Source of the DNA: an uncultured virus (IMG/VR IMGVR_UViG_3300021957_005284)
Lineage: Duplodnaviria > Heunggongvirae > Uroviricota > Caudoviricetes
Virus record (IMG/VR): IMGVR_UViG_3300021957_005284
Reading direction: 5' to 3' (one strand)
DNA length: 64,000 nucleotides
Shown: positions 20,157-30,970 of the stretch, in pieces
Layout of the letters: each line of letters begins with the position of its first letter
Position numbering within the stretch: the stretch's first letter is position 1
Made by a program: the position numbers and the translations under genes
The notes under the pieces: model-generated
What the model was told of the DNA's origin: nothing
What the model saw: the letters and a program-made list of their open reading frames with translations, nothing else
Databases searched by the model: none

Positions 20157-21535
20157 TATAAATTAGATAATCTTTCTATTTCGTTTTTTATTTTCATATT
20201 CCAAGGACCCCAAGTAATATTATCTATCATCCACTTTCTATAATATGGTGGAACCGATGCAACTGGTTTACCTTTGTATTTTCCAAAGGTCATATAAACC
20301 TTTTCTATATCACCATCTTCATTTGTTTTCTCTGCAAGGTTAATACCACCTTCTAAGTGTACTCCGATTTCATGCATTGGGATACCTGTGATTTGTTTCT
20401 TACCTTCTCCGAACAATTCCCATTCTTCACCACCAGTATCTTTATAGTATAGTTCTTCTACTTTACCAAACTTTTCTACTGAACCTACAAAATCAACCAC
20501 TAAACAATTTTCTTTTTGTGGATGAATACGAGTTCCTCTACCAACAAATTGATACCACCAAGATATAGATGCGGTTGGTCTACCTGTAATCAAACAATCT
20601 AATTCAGGATAATCAAATCCAACTGTTAGTACGTTTACTTGTACGATAACTCGTATCTGTTGGTTTCTAAACTCTTCTATGATTCTCTTTCTTTCTTGTG
20701 TTGGTGTACCACCATGTACAACCGCTGCTTGTGGAATTCGTTTTGCAAGATTAGTTGCTTGTTCTATTGTTGGCACTGCAACAAGTATAGATTTTCTATC
20801 TTGTACTTCTGCAATTTTCTTTACAATCTTATCACCAATGTTTTGGTTCTCATAAGAACGAGCAATAGATTCTTGTGTATATTCAGCACCACTTGAATTG
20901 TAAACTAAAGCACCAGTATCAAAATCATAAGATTGATATTCTAATGGACTCCAATATTTCAACTTAACAATGTCTTGAATCTGAGAAACATGAAGTATGT
21001 ACTTAAAGAATACTCCATGTTTAGAACGATTTGTTAACATCACCAACTTTGAATATGGACCAGTTTCTCCCATGTTGGTTTGTAATTTTAAGGGGGTTGC
21101 AGTAAGACCAAGTACATGAGTTGCTTTCATACCATCTACAAATCTTCTTAACTGTCCTGATTTGTTTCTTGGATATCTGTCGCACTCATCGATTATAATC
21201 TTAGTGACCCCCATCTCTTTAAACTTATACGCAATATTGATTATCGAACCAATCGTTGCATAAGTTACATCACCCAATTCTTTACTTCCCATTGAAGCAG
21301 AATAAATAGATGCCTCTCCACCGAGAGTTATAAACTTATTATAGTTTTGTTCTAAAAGTTCTTTTGATGGTTGCAGTACGAGAATTTTTTCACCAAGTTC
21401 TTTTGCAATTGCAGCAATAACAATCGATTTACCGAAGGCAGTTGGTGCCACAATAATAGATGGTTTCATTTTTGGAGTTCGTAAAAACTCAACTCCAATT
21501 GCTACTGGTTCTATTTGATTCTCTCTTAATTTCAA
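20156..21535 (-). CDS. Superfamily 2 helicase (RadD/YejH/UvsW-like) with C-terminal FGKYKG domain
   Basis: APTAFGKS, DECD, GLTATP, LTVGFDYP, QFVGRGTR; C-terminal MTFGKYKG..V..VP..Y. Confidence 0.9.
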   Translation of the reverse strand: MKLRENQIEPVAIGVEFLRTPKMKPSIIVAPTAFGKSIVIAAIAKELGEKILVLQPSKELLEQNYNKFITLGGEASIYSASMGSKELGDVTYATIGSIINIAYKFKEMGVTKIIIDECDRYPRNKSGQLRRFVDGMKATHVLGLTATPLKLQTNMGETGPYSKLVMLTNRSKHGVFFKYILHVSQIQDIVKLKYWSPLEYQSYDFDTGALVYNSSGAEYTQESIARSYENQNIGDKIVKKIAEVQDRKSILVAVPTIEQATNLAKRIPQAAVVHGGTPTQERKRIIEEFRNQQIRVIVQVNVLTVGFDYPELDCLITGRPTASISWWYQFVGRGTRIHPQKENCLVVDFVGSVEKFGKVEELYYKDTGGEEWELFGEGKKQITGIPMHEIGVHLEGGINLAEKTNEDGDIEKVYMTFGKYKGKPVASVPPYYRKWMIDNITWGPWNMKIKNEIERLSNL

Positions 21536-22116
21536 AGTCCTAAATCTTTTCTAATATCATTTTTTACTGTTGTAAGATACGTTCTTCTTTTTTTATCTGA
21601 TACAAATGGTACTGACCAGAATTGTTTTGTTTTAAACCACCTGCTTGGTTTCCAACCAAATACAAAGGTAAACACACCCAACACTAATCTTAGTTTGACT
21701 GAGTTAAGATATAGAGTTATGACAGGTAACATGGGTGCTCCATGTGTAATATAAGTTCTCACTTTTTTATCTTTGAGGAATGGTTTAGGATACGCATATA
21801 GTTTAGTTATATTTACAAACTTGTATGCGAAACCTGGTGTGAATACTTCATCAAAGAATACTTCCATTCTTGGTGTTAATCTAAACCACCATACAGGAGA
21901 TATAAAGTAAATGTGAGTTGACCAAGTTACCAAATCTTGGTACTTCTTAATCAACTCTGTTCTTGGTCTTGAAAAGGAATCTCTGTACAAATCAATCACT
22001 CGATATGATTGTTTATGTTTCCTCATTTGTCTTGTAGCAGTTTTATAGATACCATTCCAACAGAATGATTTCTTATTTGGATGTCCTACTACAATTAAAA
22101 TCTTTTTTTGTTTCAA
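21532..22116 (-). CDS. Flavodoxin-fold NAD(P)H dehydrogenase (quinone)-like
   Basis: GHP...SF, P.WW...P.M..F.D.VF..GFAY motifs. Confidence 0.85.
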   Translation of the reverse strand: MKQKKILIVVGHPNKKSFCWNGIYKTATRQMRKHKQSYRVIDLYRDSFSRPRTELIKKYQDLVTWSTHIYFISPVWWFRLTPRMEVFFDEVFTPGFAYKFVNITKLYAYPKPFLKDKKVRTYITHGAPMLPVITLYLNSVKLRLVLGVFTFVFGWKPSRWFKTKQFWSVPFVSDKKRRTYLTTVKNDIRKDLGL

Positions 22117-23242
22117 GTCTTTTGTTTTCTTTTATAACTTTTTCTTTTTTTATTAGGTGTTTCTAACATCTTTTTATCATATTCCTTCCAATCAAATTCT
22201 TTCAATTCAGGATCATTTTGCAATTCTTTTGTTTGTTGTTGGTGTGCTTTATTTAACATTGTAAGCAATCCAACTAGATACAATGAAAATACGAAAAACC
22301 CAAATAGAAAAATACCTAGTGTCATTTCTTTCTTTTTCTATTATAATATCTTTTTTTTGCTGCTTCTTTTCTAAAGTAATCATTTCTTCTTTGTCTGATT
22401 GCAATTGAAAAAGCCAATATTGATGGAACCCATATTCCAACAAATATTCCTTCTAATTCATTCCCGCTAAACCATAAGGATACTGAGAATAAGAATGATA
22501 AAAATGCCAGTATTACTGGATAATATAATTCCCAAAATAATTTTAATTTTTTCATAATTTGTGTTTCTTTTTATATTTTTCTTTAAATGATATTCCCACG
22601 CCAATATCTAATATTTCGTTTTCTTTTGGTATTAATGGTTTTCTTTTTGCAGTTGATATAATATCATCAACTCTTGTATTTTCAAATACCTCTAAAAATA
22701 CTTTACCGTTCTTTCGTGGATTTTTATGTACTACCACTACTTGTGGCATTGCGTTAATATTACTCAATGATTTTTATAATTTTTACTTCACACTCTTTCC
22801 AATTTTTTAAGAGTTTTTCGGATGCTTTTTTATAATAATCTCTTTCTTTTTTTATTTCATGATACTTTTGTTCCCACGAAATTTCTTTTTGTGTTGTACT
22901 AAAACTTGTAAGTAATACCACACCCAATACTAAGATAGTAGATATTACTAACCACTTAATATTCCATTTAATAATTTTTGAATCTTTCATAACTTTTTTT
23001 TAAACCCAAGGAAATAGTAGTGAAACAAGAAATGCAGTAACCAAACCGATTACAGACCAAACTAATATTTTGTAATTGTTTTCAACTTGTCTATCACTTC
23101 TTCCTTGATTACTTCTATATAATCTTTCTTTTTCAATATCATTGATTAAAAAACCAATTCTTTCTTTTGCTATTATTGGAGATTCTTCTTCCAATAACTT
23201 TTTAATCTGTTTTAAATTTTTTGTAATTTCTGATTTATTCAT
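22113..23242 (-). CDS. Cluster of five small hypothetical, mostly membrane proteins (22113-22325, 22322-22555, 22552-22767, 22760-22990, 23000-23242)
   Basis: Abutting or overlapping minus-strand ORFs. Confidence 0.55.
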
Positions 23243-23311
23243 ATTATATAAATTTATTAATTTTTATTTTATTTTTTATTTGTTTTAATTTTTCTAACCA
23301 ATTCTTTGCAC

Positions 23312-24259
23312 TCATTCGTAACTTGATGTGTTTAGTAAACCACTATATTCACATCTGTTTGATTTAATGAAAGGTAGTATAGATAACTCTTTTGCTTTAG
23401 CTTCTACCATAACATCTACATCGTTACCATACAAATCAGGTAAATCATTGATGTAATCTGAATGAGCCTGTGGTTTTAGTTTTTCATTACCTTCGTGTAA
23501 TGCTTTTGATTCTGAATAATGAACAATTGGTTTGATATCTTTTGGCCATGTAGAGATTGCCAATTCAAGTGCCTCTTGTTCAGTTAAACCACCTGTGTTG
23601 AATTTGTGGTGATGATAATCGAATACAATAGGAATACCAATTCTCTCATGTATGTACATCAAATCTTTTACTGAGTACATAGATGCTTTATCATCATTCT
23701 CAACAGTCAATCTACCTTGTACTGATTCTGATAACTTTTCAAAGTTCTTACAGAATCTATCCATAGCAGAAATCTTATCACCATACACACCGTTACAATG
23801 AATGTTTAGTTTGTTGTATGGAGTTTTAGATAACCCCATCATATCAAATACTTTACCATGTATCTCTAAATCAGTAATTGTATTATCAACAACTTTTGGA
23901 TTAGGAGATACTAAAACATTGAAAGGACCAGGATGTGAAGTAATACGAATACCATGTTGTTTTGCATAATGACCACATGCATTTAGTATAGTTTTTATTC
24001 TCAAATAGTAAGGAGAATTTTCAATACCATATTCAGAAGCCCAAGGAAATATATCAGAGGATACTCTGAAACATTTTATATTATTTTCATTGTTCCATTC
24101 TAATATAGTAAATAAATCTCTTACATTTTGGAGAGATAGCTCACCAGCATAATCTACACCCTTCTCTAAGAAGGTTCTTTTAATCATTGAACGATTAGTG
24201 GTTACTTTAGGTTTTTGTTTACCTAAAGTCATATTAATACATGCATAACCTAAATTCAT
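23312..24259 (-). CDS. uvsE: UV damage endonuclease
   Basis: LGYACIN, FRVSSDIFP, HPGPF.VL.S, ENDD, FDYHH, HSDY, EAK.KE motifs. Confidence 0.95.
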   Translation of the reverse strand: MNLGYACINMTLGKQKPKVTTNRSMIKRTFLEKGVDYAGELSLQNVRDLFTILEWNNENNIKCFRVSSDIFPWASEYGIENSPYYLRIKTILNACGHYAKQHGIRITSHPGPFNVLVSPNPKVVDNTITDLEIHGKVFDMMGLSKTPYNKLNIHCNGVYGDKISAMDRFCKNFEKLSESVQGRLTVENDDKASMYSVKDLMYIHERIGIPIVFDYHHHKFNTGGLTEQEALELAISTWPKDIKPIVHYSESKALHEGNEKLKPQAHSDYINDLPDLYGNDVDVMVEAKAKELSILPFIKSNRCEYSGLLNTSSYE

Positions 24260-24288
24260 ATTATATCTTTTATAGTTTATTTACAAAG

Positions 24289-24325
24289 TAAATATACGAA
24301 AAATATTTGAGACTACAATGGCTTT
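24289..24325 (-). promoter_or_regulatory. Phage early promoter (Bacteroidota sigma70-type)
   Basis: AAAGCCA-TTG-TAGTCTCAAATATTTTTCG-TATATTTA. Confidence 0.8.
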
Positions 24326-25551
24326 TAGTAAGTTTTTTTTGAAAAATCTGTTGGGTATTGTTCTTTTAACTGTCTTAACTCTTGTGAACTACCACCTTTT
24401 CGTTTCATCCAATAGTTAATAGCATTTCTATCATTTACCCATCTTTCTGTTCTTTCCCAATCAAACCTTGGATGTGTATAGTAAGGTTTACCATTAAAAG
24501 GAAGTTTCCAACCTTCTTTTTCATAGTATTCGTTAACCTGTTCCTCTGTTAAATCATAACCATCATTTATAGTTTCTTTTTCAGATTCTTTTTTTAATGC
24601 TTTATGAATTGCATTTTTATTAATTTCTTCTTCAATTACTTTCTCATCTTCTAATTCACCTTCTTCTTCGAGTTCATCTTCCTCTTCATAAATTTCTTCT
24701 TCATCTGGTACTTCATCATATAACTCTCTCTTACGAATTACTTTCTGTTTATCTACAATACCCCTATCCACTTTAATAGCATTGTTAAACGCAACTACAA
24801 GTGCAACTGCAAGTGGGTCAAACACAAAGATAATGATTAGAATTAACCAGTTGATAATCTTATCCATTCCATACCCAGTCAATCCACTTAGGTATTGTAG
24901 TGGTCCTAATTCAGATGCTCCTTCTAAGTTTGTATCTAAATCTAAAATCTTTAACTGAATAGATTGTAATGAATCAGCTGCTACTTCTCTTTTCGCCTGA
25001 ACACCTTTCCTATTTTCTTCTTCCACATTAATTCTACTTTGTGCCAAGCGTAACTCAGCCGTGGATATTGTGGTTCTAACGCCTCCAACCACCGAGGTGT
25101 CTCGTACTTGGATTGATTGAGATTTAGCATTGGAAAGAGTACTAATGTTATTAGATATTCTTTCAAGTTCTTCATCATATCTCGCAACATCATCAGAGTA
25201 GAACTTTTCTTTTTGTTGTAAGAATGTTTTTTCTTTTTCATTTACTGAGAATTGATTAAATGTATCTTGGAACGCAGATGTAAGGAATCCATAAATACCA
25301 AGTGAGGTAATTAGTACAAGTATAACAACACCTGTGACTAGGTACCATCTAAATACTTTGTTTATCTTTTCCCAATAGTTGTAAAGATAACCAGCAGTAA
25401 TTAATTTTGCTAATTCTAATGAACTTGCCATTAAGATTACAGATATAGAAGCACCAGCAAATAGTTTCGATAAACCACTTACTGAGAAGAACGCCGCATT
25501 GAATGCCACAAAAAGTGCCGATAGCCCTAATAGTAAAGTTCTAAATTTCAT
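24325..25551 (-). CDS. Multi-TM membrane protein with coiled coil
   Basis: Four TM segments, LE.AK, S.GIYGFL and FVFDPLA motifs, acidic tail. Confidence 0.7.
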   Translation of the reverse strand: MKFRTLLLGLSALFVAFNAAFFSVSGLSKLFAGASISVILMASSLELAKLITAGYLYNYWEKINKVFRWYLVTGVVILVLITSLGIYGFLTSAFQDTFNQFSVNEKEKTFLQQKEKFYSDDVARYDEELERISNNISTLSNAKSQSIQVRDTSVVGGVRTTISTAELRLAQSRINVEEENRKGVQAKREVAADSLQSIQLKILDLDTNLEGASELGPLQYLSGLTGYGMDKIINWLILIIIFVFDPLAVALVVAFNNAIKVDRGIVDKQKVIRKRELYDEVPDEEEIYEEEDELEEEGELEDEKVIEEEINKNAIHKALKKESEKETINDGYDLTEEQVNEYYEKEGWKLPFNGKPYYTHPRFDWERTERWVNDRNAINYWMKRKGGSSQELRQLKEQYPTDFSKKTY

Positions 25552-25555
25552 TGTA

Positions 25556-25735
25556 TTATCCTCGTTCTACAACCTCTTGGATTTCACCAAGTACTTTGAT
25601 TACTTGTTGTAGATTCGAATCTGCCATTTTAGAATCAGCAGGTCTTTTTCCTGTTACCATCTCCTTTACTACTTTTAGTTTAGTAATAGAAGATTCTAAG
25701 TTGTTTGTAACTCTATCTTTATATATTGGTTTCAT
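25556..25735 (-). CDS. Hypothetical 59-aa protein (not in ORF track)
   Basis: MKPIYKDRVTNNLESS...VVERG*; late motif upstream. Confidence 0.6.
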   Translation of the reverse strand: MKPIYKDRVTNNLESSITKLKVVKEMVTGKRPADSKMADSNLQQVIKVLGEIQEVVERG

Positions 25736-25776
25736 ATATGATATATTTTATTGTGTACTTATAAATATTAAGATAT

Positions 25777-25807
25777 AAAAAAAGGGAGATTTTACAACCC
25801 CCCTTTC
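25777..25807 (-). terminator. Intrinsic terminator after hsp20
   Basis: AAAGGG...CCCTTT hairpin flanked by A and T runs. Confidence 0.65.
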
Positions 25808-25828
25808 TTTTTTTTCTGATTATGGATA

Positions 25829-26200
25829 TTAATAAGAAATCTTCAAAGACTTAGCTTTTTTATTTATTTTCTTATCAATTTGGAGAGTGAGTAACCCATT
25901 ATCAAAACTTGCAGTTGTTTTTGTACCATCGTAATCAGTACCAACTGTAAGAGTCAAATCAATATCTTTTACAAAACGAGAACTTCCTTCTCCTTTTTTA
26001 GATTTGATTTTGATTTCTTCTTCAGTAACATCTACTGTAATATCTTTCGGATTATGTCCGATAGTGTTTACAATAACTTGTTGTTTACCATCTTCTAATA
26101 CTTCTGCTTCGAAAGATGAGTTTAACTTGTTTGTTGTTTTTGTTGTGTAGATGTCTCTAAAAAAGTTATCTACGAAATTTTCATTAATTGTGTAAAACAT
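25829..26200 (-). CDS. Small heat shock protein (Hsp20/alpha-crystallin)
   Basis: G..PKDI.V.V, A.FDNGLLTL.I.K and terminal I.I motif. Confidence 0.85.
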   Translation of the reverse strand: MFYTINENFVDNFFRDIYTTKTTNKLNSSFEAEVLEDGKQQVIVNTIGHNPKDITVDVTEEEIKIKSKKGEGSSRFVKDIDLTLTVGTDYDGTKTTASFDNGLLTLQIDKKINKKAKSLKISY

Positions 26201-26238
26201 AATATTCCTTTTTTTAATTAAACATTTACATATTATAT

Positions 26239-26311
26239 TACCAAATCTATACCAATCTCAAAAGTATGACAATTTGTCAGTATAATCACTTTTGGTTATG
26301 ACTATTTGTCA
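26239..26311 (-). promoter_or_regulatory. Two TGAC(A/T)-N3-TGTCA palindromes plus a sigma54-like element upstream of hsp20
   Basis: TGACAATTTGTCA 26267-26279 and TGACTATTTGTCA 26299-26311; TTGGTATAGATTTGG on the minus strand. Confidence 0.55.
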
Positions 26312-26312
26312 G

Positions 26313-26972
26313 TTAGAAAGGTTTTGAATCTTCAAATTCTTTTCTTTCTTGTCTACAACTCATGTGGTCTGCCCAATGTAAGATATATGGTAAATCAGTT
26401 TTTAATCCATAATCTGGATTAAAAGAAATAAAGTAAGGTTTAGTTGCTTCATTGTATAACCCATCTGCTAACATTATTCCTAACATTTCCTTTTCAGTAT
26501 AAGGAATTTGATATTTAGCGAGTAGATGTAATGCCCTATGTGTAACATCCATAAAATTTAAATCTGTATTTTGTTTAAATACTTTACCTTGATTTTTTCT
26601 GTGCCAATCCGATGTTTCAGGTAAATATAATGGACCCTCATCGTTTCCTAATTTTCCTAAATCGTGATGAAACGCTGCAAAGAATAATTCTTCATCGGTA
26701 AAATCAATTTTTACTCCACCTTCTTCATATAGTTTTTTCATCTTATACGCATTTTTTGCTACATTCATAACATGGTCAATATAACCACCTACATATGCAG
26801 AGTGAAATGCCAATCTTCCACTTGCTGGTGCTACTGCAAGTTCTTGTCCTAATTCTTCTTCAGAGTACATATGAAGAAGTTTTTCTAATCTTTCTCCACT
26901 AAATACTTTCTTTAGTGCCTCTATAAACTTATTATAGTTTTCTTGTAATTGTTCTGCGGTGTATTTTCTCAT
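26313..26972 (-). CDS. HD-domain phosphohydrolase
   Basis: PAS....H.AY.GG..DH, HHDLGK and HWAD motifs. Confidence 0.85.
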   Translation of the reverse strand: MRKYTAEQLQENYNKFIEALKKVFSGERLEKLLHMYSEEELGQELAVAPASGRLAFHSAYVGGYIDHVMNVAKNAYKMKKLYEEGGVKIDFTDEELFFAAFHHDLGKLGNDEGPLYLPETSDWHRKNQGKVFKQNTDLNFMDVTHRALHLLAKYQIPYTEKEMLGIMLADGLYNEATKPYFISFNPDYGLKTDLPYILHWADHMSCRQERKEFEDSKPF

Positions 26973-27298
26973 TCTATATCTTGTTTTGTTAATGATTTAT
27001 ATAATATTGCTAATTCTTCTTCATGCCTACAAACTCCCAACCCCATAGTACCTTCTAGTTGAATCAAGTATTCTCCTTTTTTTAAAAACTCAAAATCTTC
27101 ATACTCATCATTTGTTGATGATACTAAACACGCTGCTTTATCATCAGGATTATCTTTTGGTAGTGGTAACATAAAATAATAGTATTTATCTTTTTTACCA
27201 TCTTTTGTTATTTCAACTTCATCATATCTTTCCCAATCTTGTCTTTCAAAAGTTTCTTCGGTAATTGGAGTTAATGGCCATTCGATATCAGTACTCAT
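26969..27298 (-). CDS. Hypothetical acidic protein
   Basis: ORF with ATGA overlaps at both ends. Confidence 0.6.
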   Translation of the reverse strand: MSTDIEWPLTPITEETFERQDWERYDEVEITKDGKKDKYYYFMLPLPKDNPDDKAACLVSSTNDEYEDFEFLKKGEYLIQLEGTMGLGVCRHEEELAILYKSLTKQDIE

Positions 27299-27749
27299 TC
27301 AAGTATTATTTTTATACTATCAGTAACTAAATGTTCTCTGATAGTACCTGTTAGTATAAGAGTATCTCCTATCATTGTATTGATTGGTGCTATTACATTA
27401 TAAACTTTACCATCAACCACATAAGATGCTTGATTAGATGTACTTACAACCTCTCCTTGATATTCCCAAGTAAGATTACTATCCCAAGATACTTTAAGTG
27501 ATTCATAGTATTGGTGATTGTGAACAATGCCACTTATTCTGTGGATTGTTTGGTTTGTATTTTGTTTAAATTTAAACGATAGTAACCATTACTATCTAGT
27601 TCTAAGTTTCCATTTAGTTTTAAACTTGGTGCAGGTAGAGTTAATAAAACATCATCATCTTCAGTTGTACACGAAGATGCAATTATCATCAATACTACTA
27701 TTAATACAACTATAAAGTAATTTCCTAAACTATCTAAAAAATCTTTCAT
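27295..27749 (-). pseudogene. Lipoprotein gene split by a -1 frameshift near 27560-27577
   Basis: Lipobox IASSC; frame 0 stops at 27534 while the -1 frame runs on (QTIHRISG...KIILE*) to a TGA overlapping the next ATG. Confidence 0.7.
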
Positions 27750-28264
27750 TATAATAAGTAATCTAAAATAGAATCCCAATCAGGATATTCGTTTGGTTTG
27801 TTATCGTTTTCCCAATCATATCCAAATCTCAATAACTCTCCACTAAACTCACCAGCACCATTCTTCAACCTATCATCAATAAGATAATCTCCCATTAATA
27901 AATCTTTTCTGTGAGTAGTAAATAATCTTTTGTGGAAGATATCACCGAAGTAATCTTCTAACCAAAATCTTTTATCGGTAAGTGATTGTGGATTACCCCA
28001 AGGAGCAGAAGTGGCAATAAATAATTCATACTTACCACTTTCGTGTAGTTTCTTAACTGCCTCGATAGCCCCCTTATATGGTGGAGCGATTCTGAACAAT
28101 CCTTGTATGTGGTCAGGAAATGATTTGTATCTTTCTTCTAAATGTGGATGTTGTTTAAACCAATCTTCGATTGCTTTACCGAAATCAACTAAGACCCCAT
28201 CCATATCAATGTAAACTATTTTTTTCTTCAAATTGTTTGTTTTAATGTTATTATTATCACTCAT
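27749..28264 (-). CDS. 5'(3')-deoxyribonucleotidase (HAD, NT5C)
   Basis: YIDMDGVLVDF, K..W, KDLL.GDYLIDD motifs. Confidence 0.9.
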   Translation of the reverse strand: MSDNNNIKTNNLKKKIVYIDMDGVLVDFGKAIEDWFKQHPHLEERYKSFPDHIQGLFRIAPPYKGAIEAVKKLHESGKYELFIATSAPWGNPQSLTDKRFWLEDYFGDIFHKRLFTTHRKDLLMGDYLIDDRLKNGAGEFSGELLRFGYDWENDNKPNEYPDWDSILDYLL

Positions 28265-28272
28265 TTACTATG

Positions 28273-28304
28273 TAAATATACGAAAAATAATTGAGACTAG
28301 CAAA
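28273..28304 (-). promoter_or_regulatory. Phage early promoter (Bacteroidota sigma70-type)
   Basis: TTTG-CTAGTCTC...TTTTTCG-TATATTTA. Confidence 0.8.
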
Positions 28305-29540
28305 TTAAAATCGATGTTTTTTCCACTCACCTGCAATCTTTTTTAGTCCATTGTAATATCCATCTTGATAATTTTCTGCAACAATATCCATAACTCCATC
28401 GTTATCTATATCATCAATCTTAAATCTTGACCAACCATGTTTATCTTGAGAACCATGCATATACCCACCATCTTTTGCCTCTTTAAATAATTCATTATTC
28501 AATGTAAAGGTTAAATTATCATTTTCATATAAATGTATGTAAGAGTAATCTGACCAGGTATCTATACCAGCATTTATGTTTCTTAATTCTAATATATCTA
28601 AATCTCCATCATTATCATAATCTAAAAATTCAAAATCAAGTGTAGCATTTGTTTCAGTAGTGGGTAATGAAATAATATCATATTCTCCAAAAGTAGGTTT
28701 ACCCAACATTATACTTGAATTACTACCATACATATCAGGTCCTGGTTTCATTGTTCCTACAATAATATCATTATACCCGTCTTTGTTTATATCAAGTATT
28801 TCATAACTCAATGCAGGTTTAATTCCAAAATCATCAACACTAATATTAGTATTAATAAAATTACCTGTACCATCTCCCAACCAAATATAAGTTGCAGTTA
28901 CTATATCAACAAACCCATCTCCATCTAAATCTCCACTAGCTCCGGTGTGATACCACAACCCCTTACCTTCATCTATTGAGTTAACATCAAACTTACCTTG
29001 TTTATTTTGAATTAATACTGTAAAGTTTCCACCATAATCACCTGGTATTCTTTCATCTACCCCAAGTAAAACATAATCTGCTAAACTATCATTATTAACA
29101 TCTGTTTTTAATATTTTATAATTACCCAATCCCTTAAGTGATGAGTTAATATATTGTGCGTCTTCGGTAAATGTTTTATTATCTCCACTATTAATATACC
29201 AATTAGTATCACTATCGTATTCAGAATTCCAATGAGTTGTAAGTATATCTTGAAACCCATCTTTGTTTACATCACCATATGCTTGATGACCATACCAGCC
29301 TTGTTTACCCGATAGGTTATTCATTATTGATGAATGAGAATTATTAGGGTCTCCTTGATAATCTCCCCATCTAAATACTATTCCACTTTTTTGGTTATAG
29401 TAAGATTCTGATTTTACAATTTCTTTTTGTGGATTTTTACCTATATCTGAACTTTCGTATGGTTCGTATTCACAACTACCTAATAGTATTAGTAGGCCAA
29501 TAAGTAATAAGGGCTTCTTGTTTTTGAGTATTCCAATCAT
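28305..29540 (-). CDS. FG-GAP/VCBS-repeat lipoprotein
   Basis: Lipobox LLGSC; repeated D.N.DG..DI motifs. Confidence 0.85.
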   Translation of the reverse strand: MIGILKNKKPLLLIGLLILLGSCEYEPYESSDIGKNPQKEIVKSESYYNQKSGIVFRWGDYQGDPNNSHSSIMNNLSGKQGWYGHQAYGDVNKDGFQDILTTHWNSEYDSDTNWYINSGDNKTFTEDAQYINSSLKGLGNYKILKTDVNNDSLADYVLLGVDERIPGDYGGNFTVLIQNKQGKFDVNSIDEGKGLWYHTGASGDLDGDGFVDIVTATYIWLGDGTGNFINTNISVDDFGIKPALSYEILDINKDGYNDIIVGTMKPGPDMYGSNSSIMLGKPTFGEYDIISLPTTETNATLDFEFLDYDNDGDLDILELRNINAGIDTWSDYSYIHLYENDNLTFTLNNELFKEAKDGGYMHGSQDKHGWSRFKIDDIDNDGVMDIVAENYQDGYYNGLKKIAGEWKKHRF

Positions 29541-29904
29541 TTTTATTTATTTTTATATTTAATTCTTTTAGTATTTTATAACCACGCTCCCATGCGTCTA
29601 ATTCGTTTAGAAACCTACCCATTTCATATTCACTTGGGTATCTATCTATATCTATGTTTTTATATGAATTAACACCAACATTTGTAGGTGGTTGTAAGAC
29701 ATGACCAATTTCATGTAACAATGCAATTAATCCATTCTTTTTTAAATCATAGTTATGATGTATAAATATTGTTCTATTCCATGGACCTAAATATTTTGTA
29801 ATGTGAGATAATTTTACATCAACCCCTTTTTTTAGTTTGATATAATCTACAAGTCTCTGAAATTCCTTTGGGAATTTTCTATTTACAAATTTATATTTAC
29901 CCAC
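29476..29904 (-). CDS. HExxH metallopeptidase-like protein
   Basis: LLHEIGH and downstream E.DAW. Confidence 0.65.
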   Translation of the reverse strand: MGKYKFVNRKFPKEFQRLVDYIKLKKGVDVKLSHITKYLGPWNRTIFIHHNYDLKKNGLIALLHEIGHVLQPPTNVGVNSYKNIDIDRYPSEYEMGRFLNELDAWERGYKILKELNIKINKNDWNTQKQEALITYWPTNTIR

Positions 29905-30117
29905 TTGTTAAAATATTATTTTTTTGAGTAAGACCTAAATCCAACAACAGGCACATGTCCTATAATTTCAATTTCTCTTTTTCTAATAAAGTTTTTTGTA
30001 ATTTTTAAACTATCTAGGTCTTTTTCATTCATTACCCAATCTTTGAATAGGTAAGTTAACATTTTACTTTTAATTGCTTTTATCATTTTAATTAATTTTA
30101 CTGGTTCGTACTAAATT

Positions 30118-30893
30118 TTATTTTAAAATTCCGATACTTCTTAAGAACGTATCTCCCACTAGAGGTTGTTCTGGTTCTTTCAGAATTACTTGTGTATCGA
30201 ATTGTCTTTGGATAAAGTAATCTAACTTTCGGTGAATCCTATCTATCTCCTCCAAGTTCGGAACTTTCGTATTCATAACCTCAGCATTCAACTTACTAGT
30301 CCAATACTCAATTTTACCCATGTACCCATTAGGATATCTTTCATTTGATTTACTCATAATTTTACGTTTTTTAAGATTTGTGATTTATCGATTAATGTAT
30401 TTACAGTTCCAATAATACTACTACCATAATCTACCGATACTCTAACACAACCATTAAGGTCTGCATCAAATTCACATTGGTAGTTATTATCGGTAACAAT
30501 TCCCTCTTGGATTTGTCCATACTTATTTTCAAATTTTATTTTATCGTTTACTTTTATCATATTTTAAAGGTTTAATTCTTTCATTACATTGTTAAGAATA
30601 TTATTCATAATGAACTTTTCTTCTTTTCTCTGTTGGTATTTTTTCTTATTGATTATAGAATTTTGTTTCTTAATAATAACATTAAGAGCAGAGATTACAT
30701 CGTTCTTAGTATCACCAATCATACCAACTAACCATTTAGTTCCATCAATATTTAAAGTATCACCTAAGTTTCTTTCCCACTTAGATAACATATACTGAAC
30801 GCCATATAACTTAGTTTTACTCTCGTTCATTCTTACTAATCCGATGTGTGTTTCTTTTATCATTTTTAAGGTTTTAAAGGGTTTAATTATCAC
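30118..30893 (-). CDS. Three small early hypothetical proteins (30118-30357, 30354-30560, 30564-30893)
   Basis: Abutting ORFs downstream of an early promoter. Confidence 0.55.
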
Positions 30894-30905
30894 TCATTTA
30901 CATAG

Positions 30906-30942
30906 TAAATATACGAAAAAAAGCCGAGACTACAATGGCTTT
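30906..30942 (-). promoter_or_regulatory. Phage early promoter
   Basis: AAAGCCA-TTG-TAGTCTC-N12-TATATTTA (19-nt spacer). Confidence 0.8.
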
Positions 30943-30970
30943 TTTCAATTATTTTTGCAATAAAAAGTTT

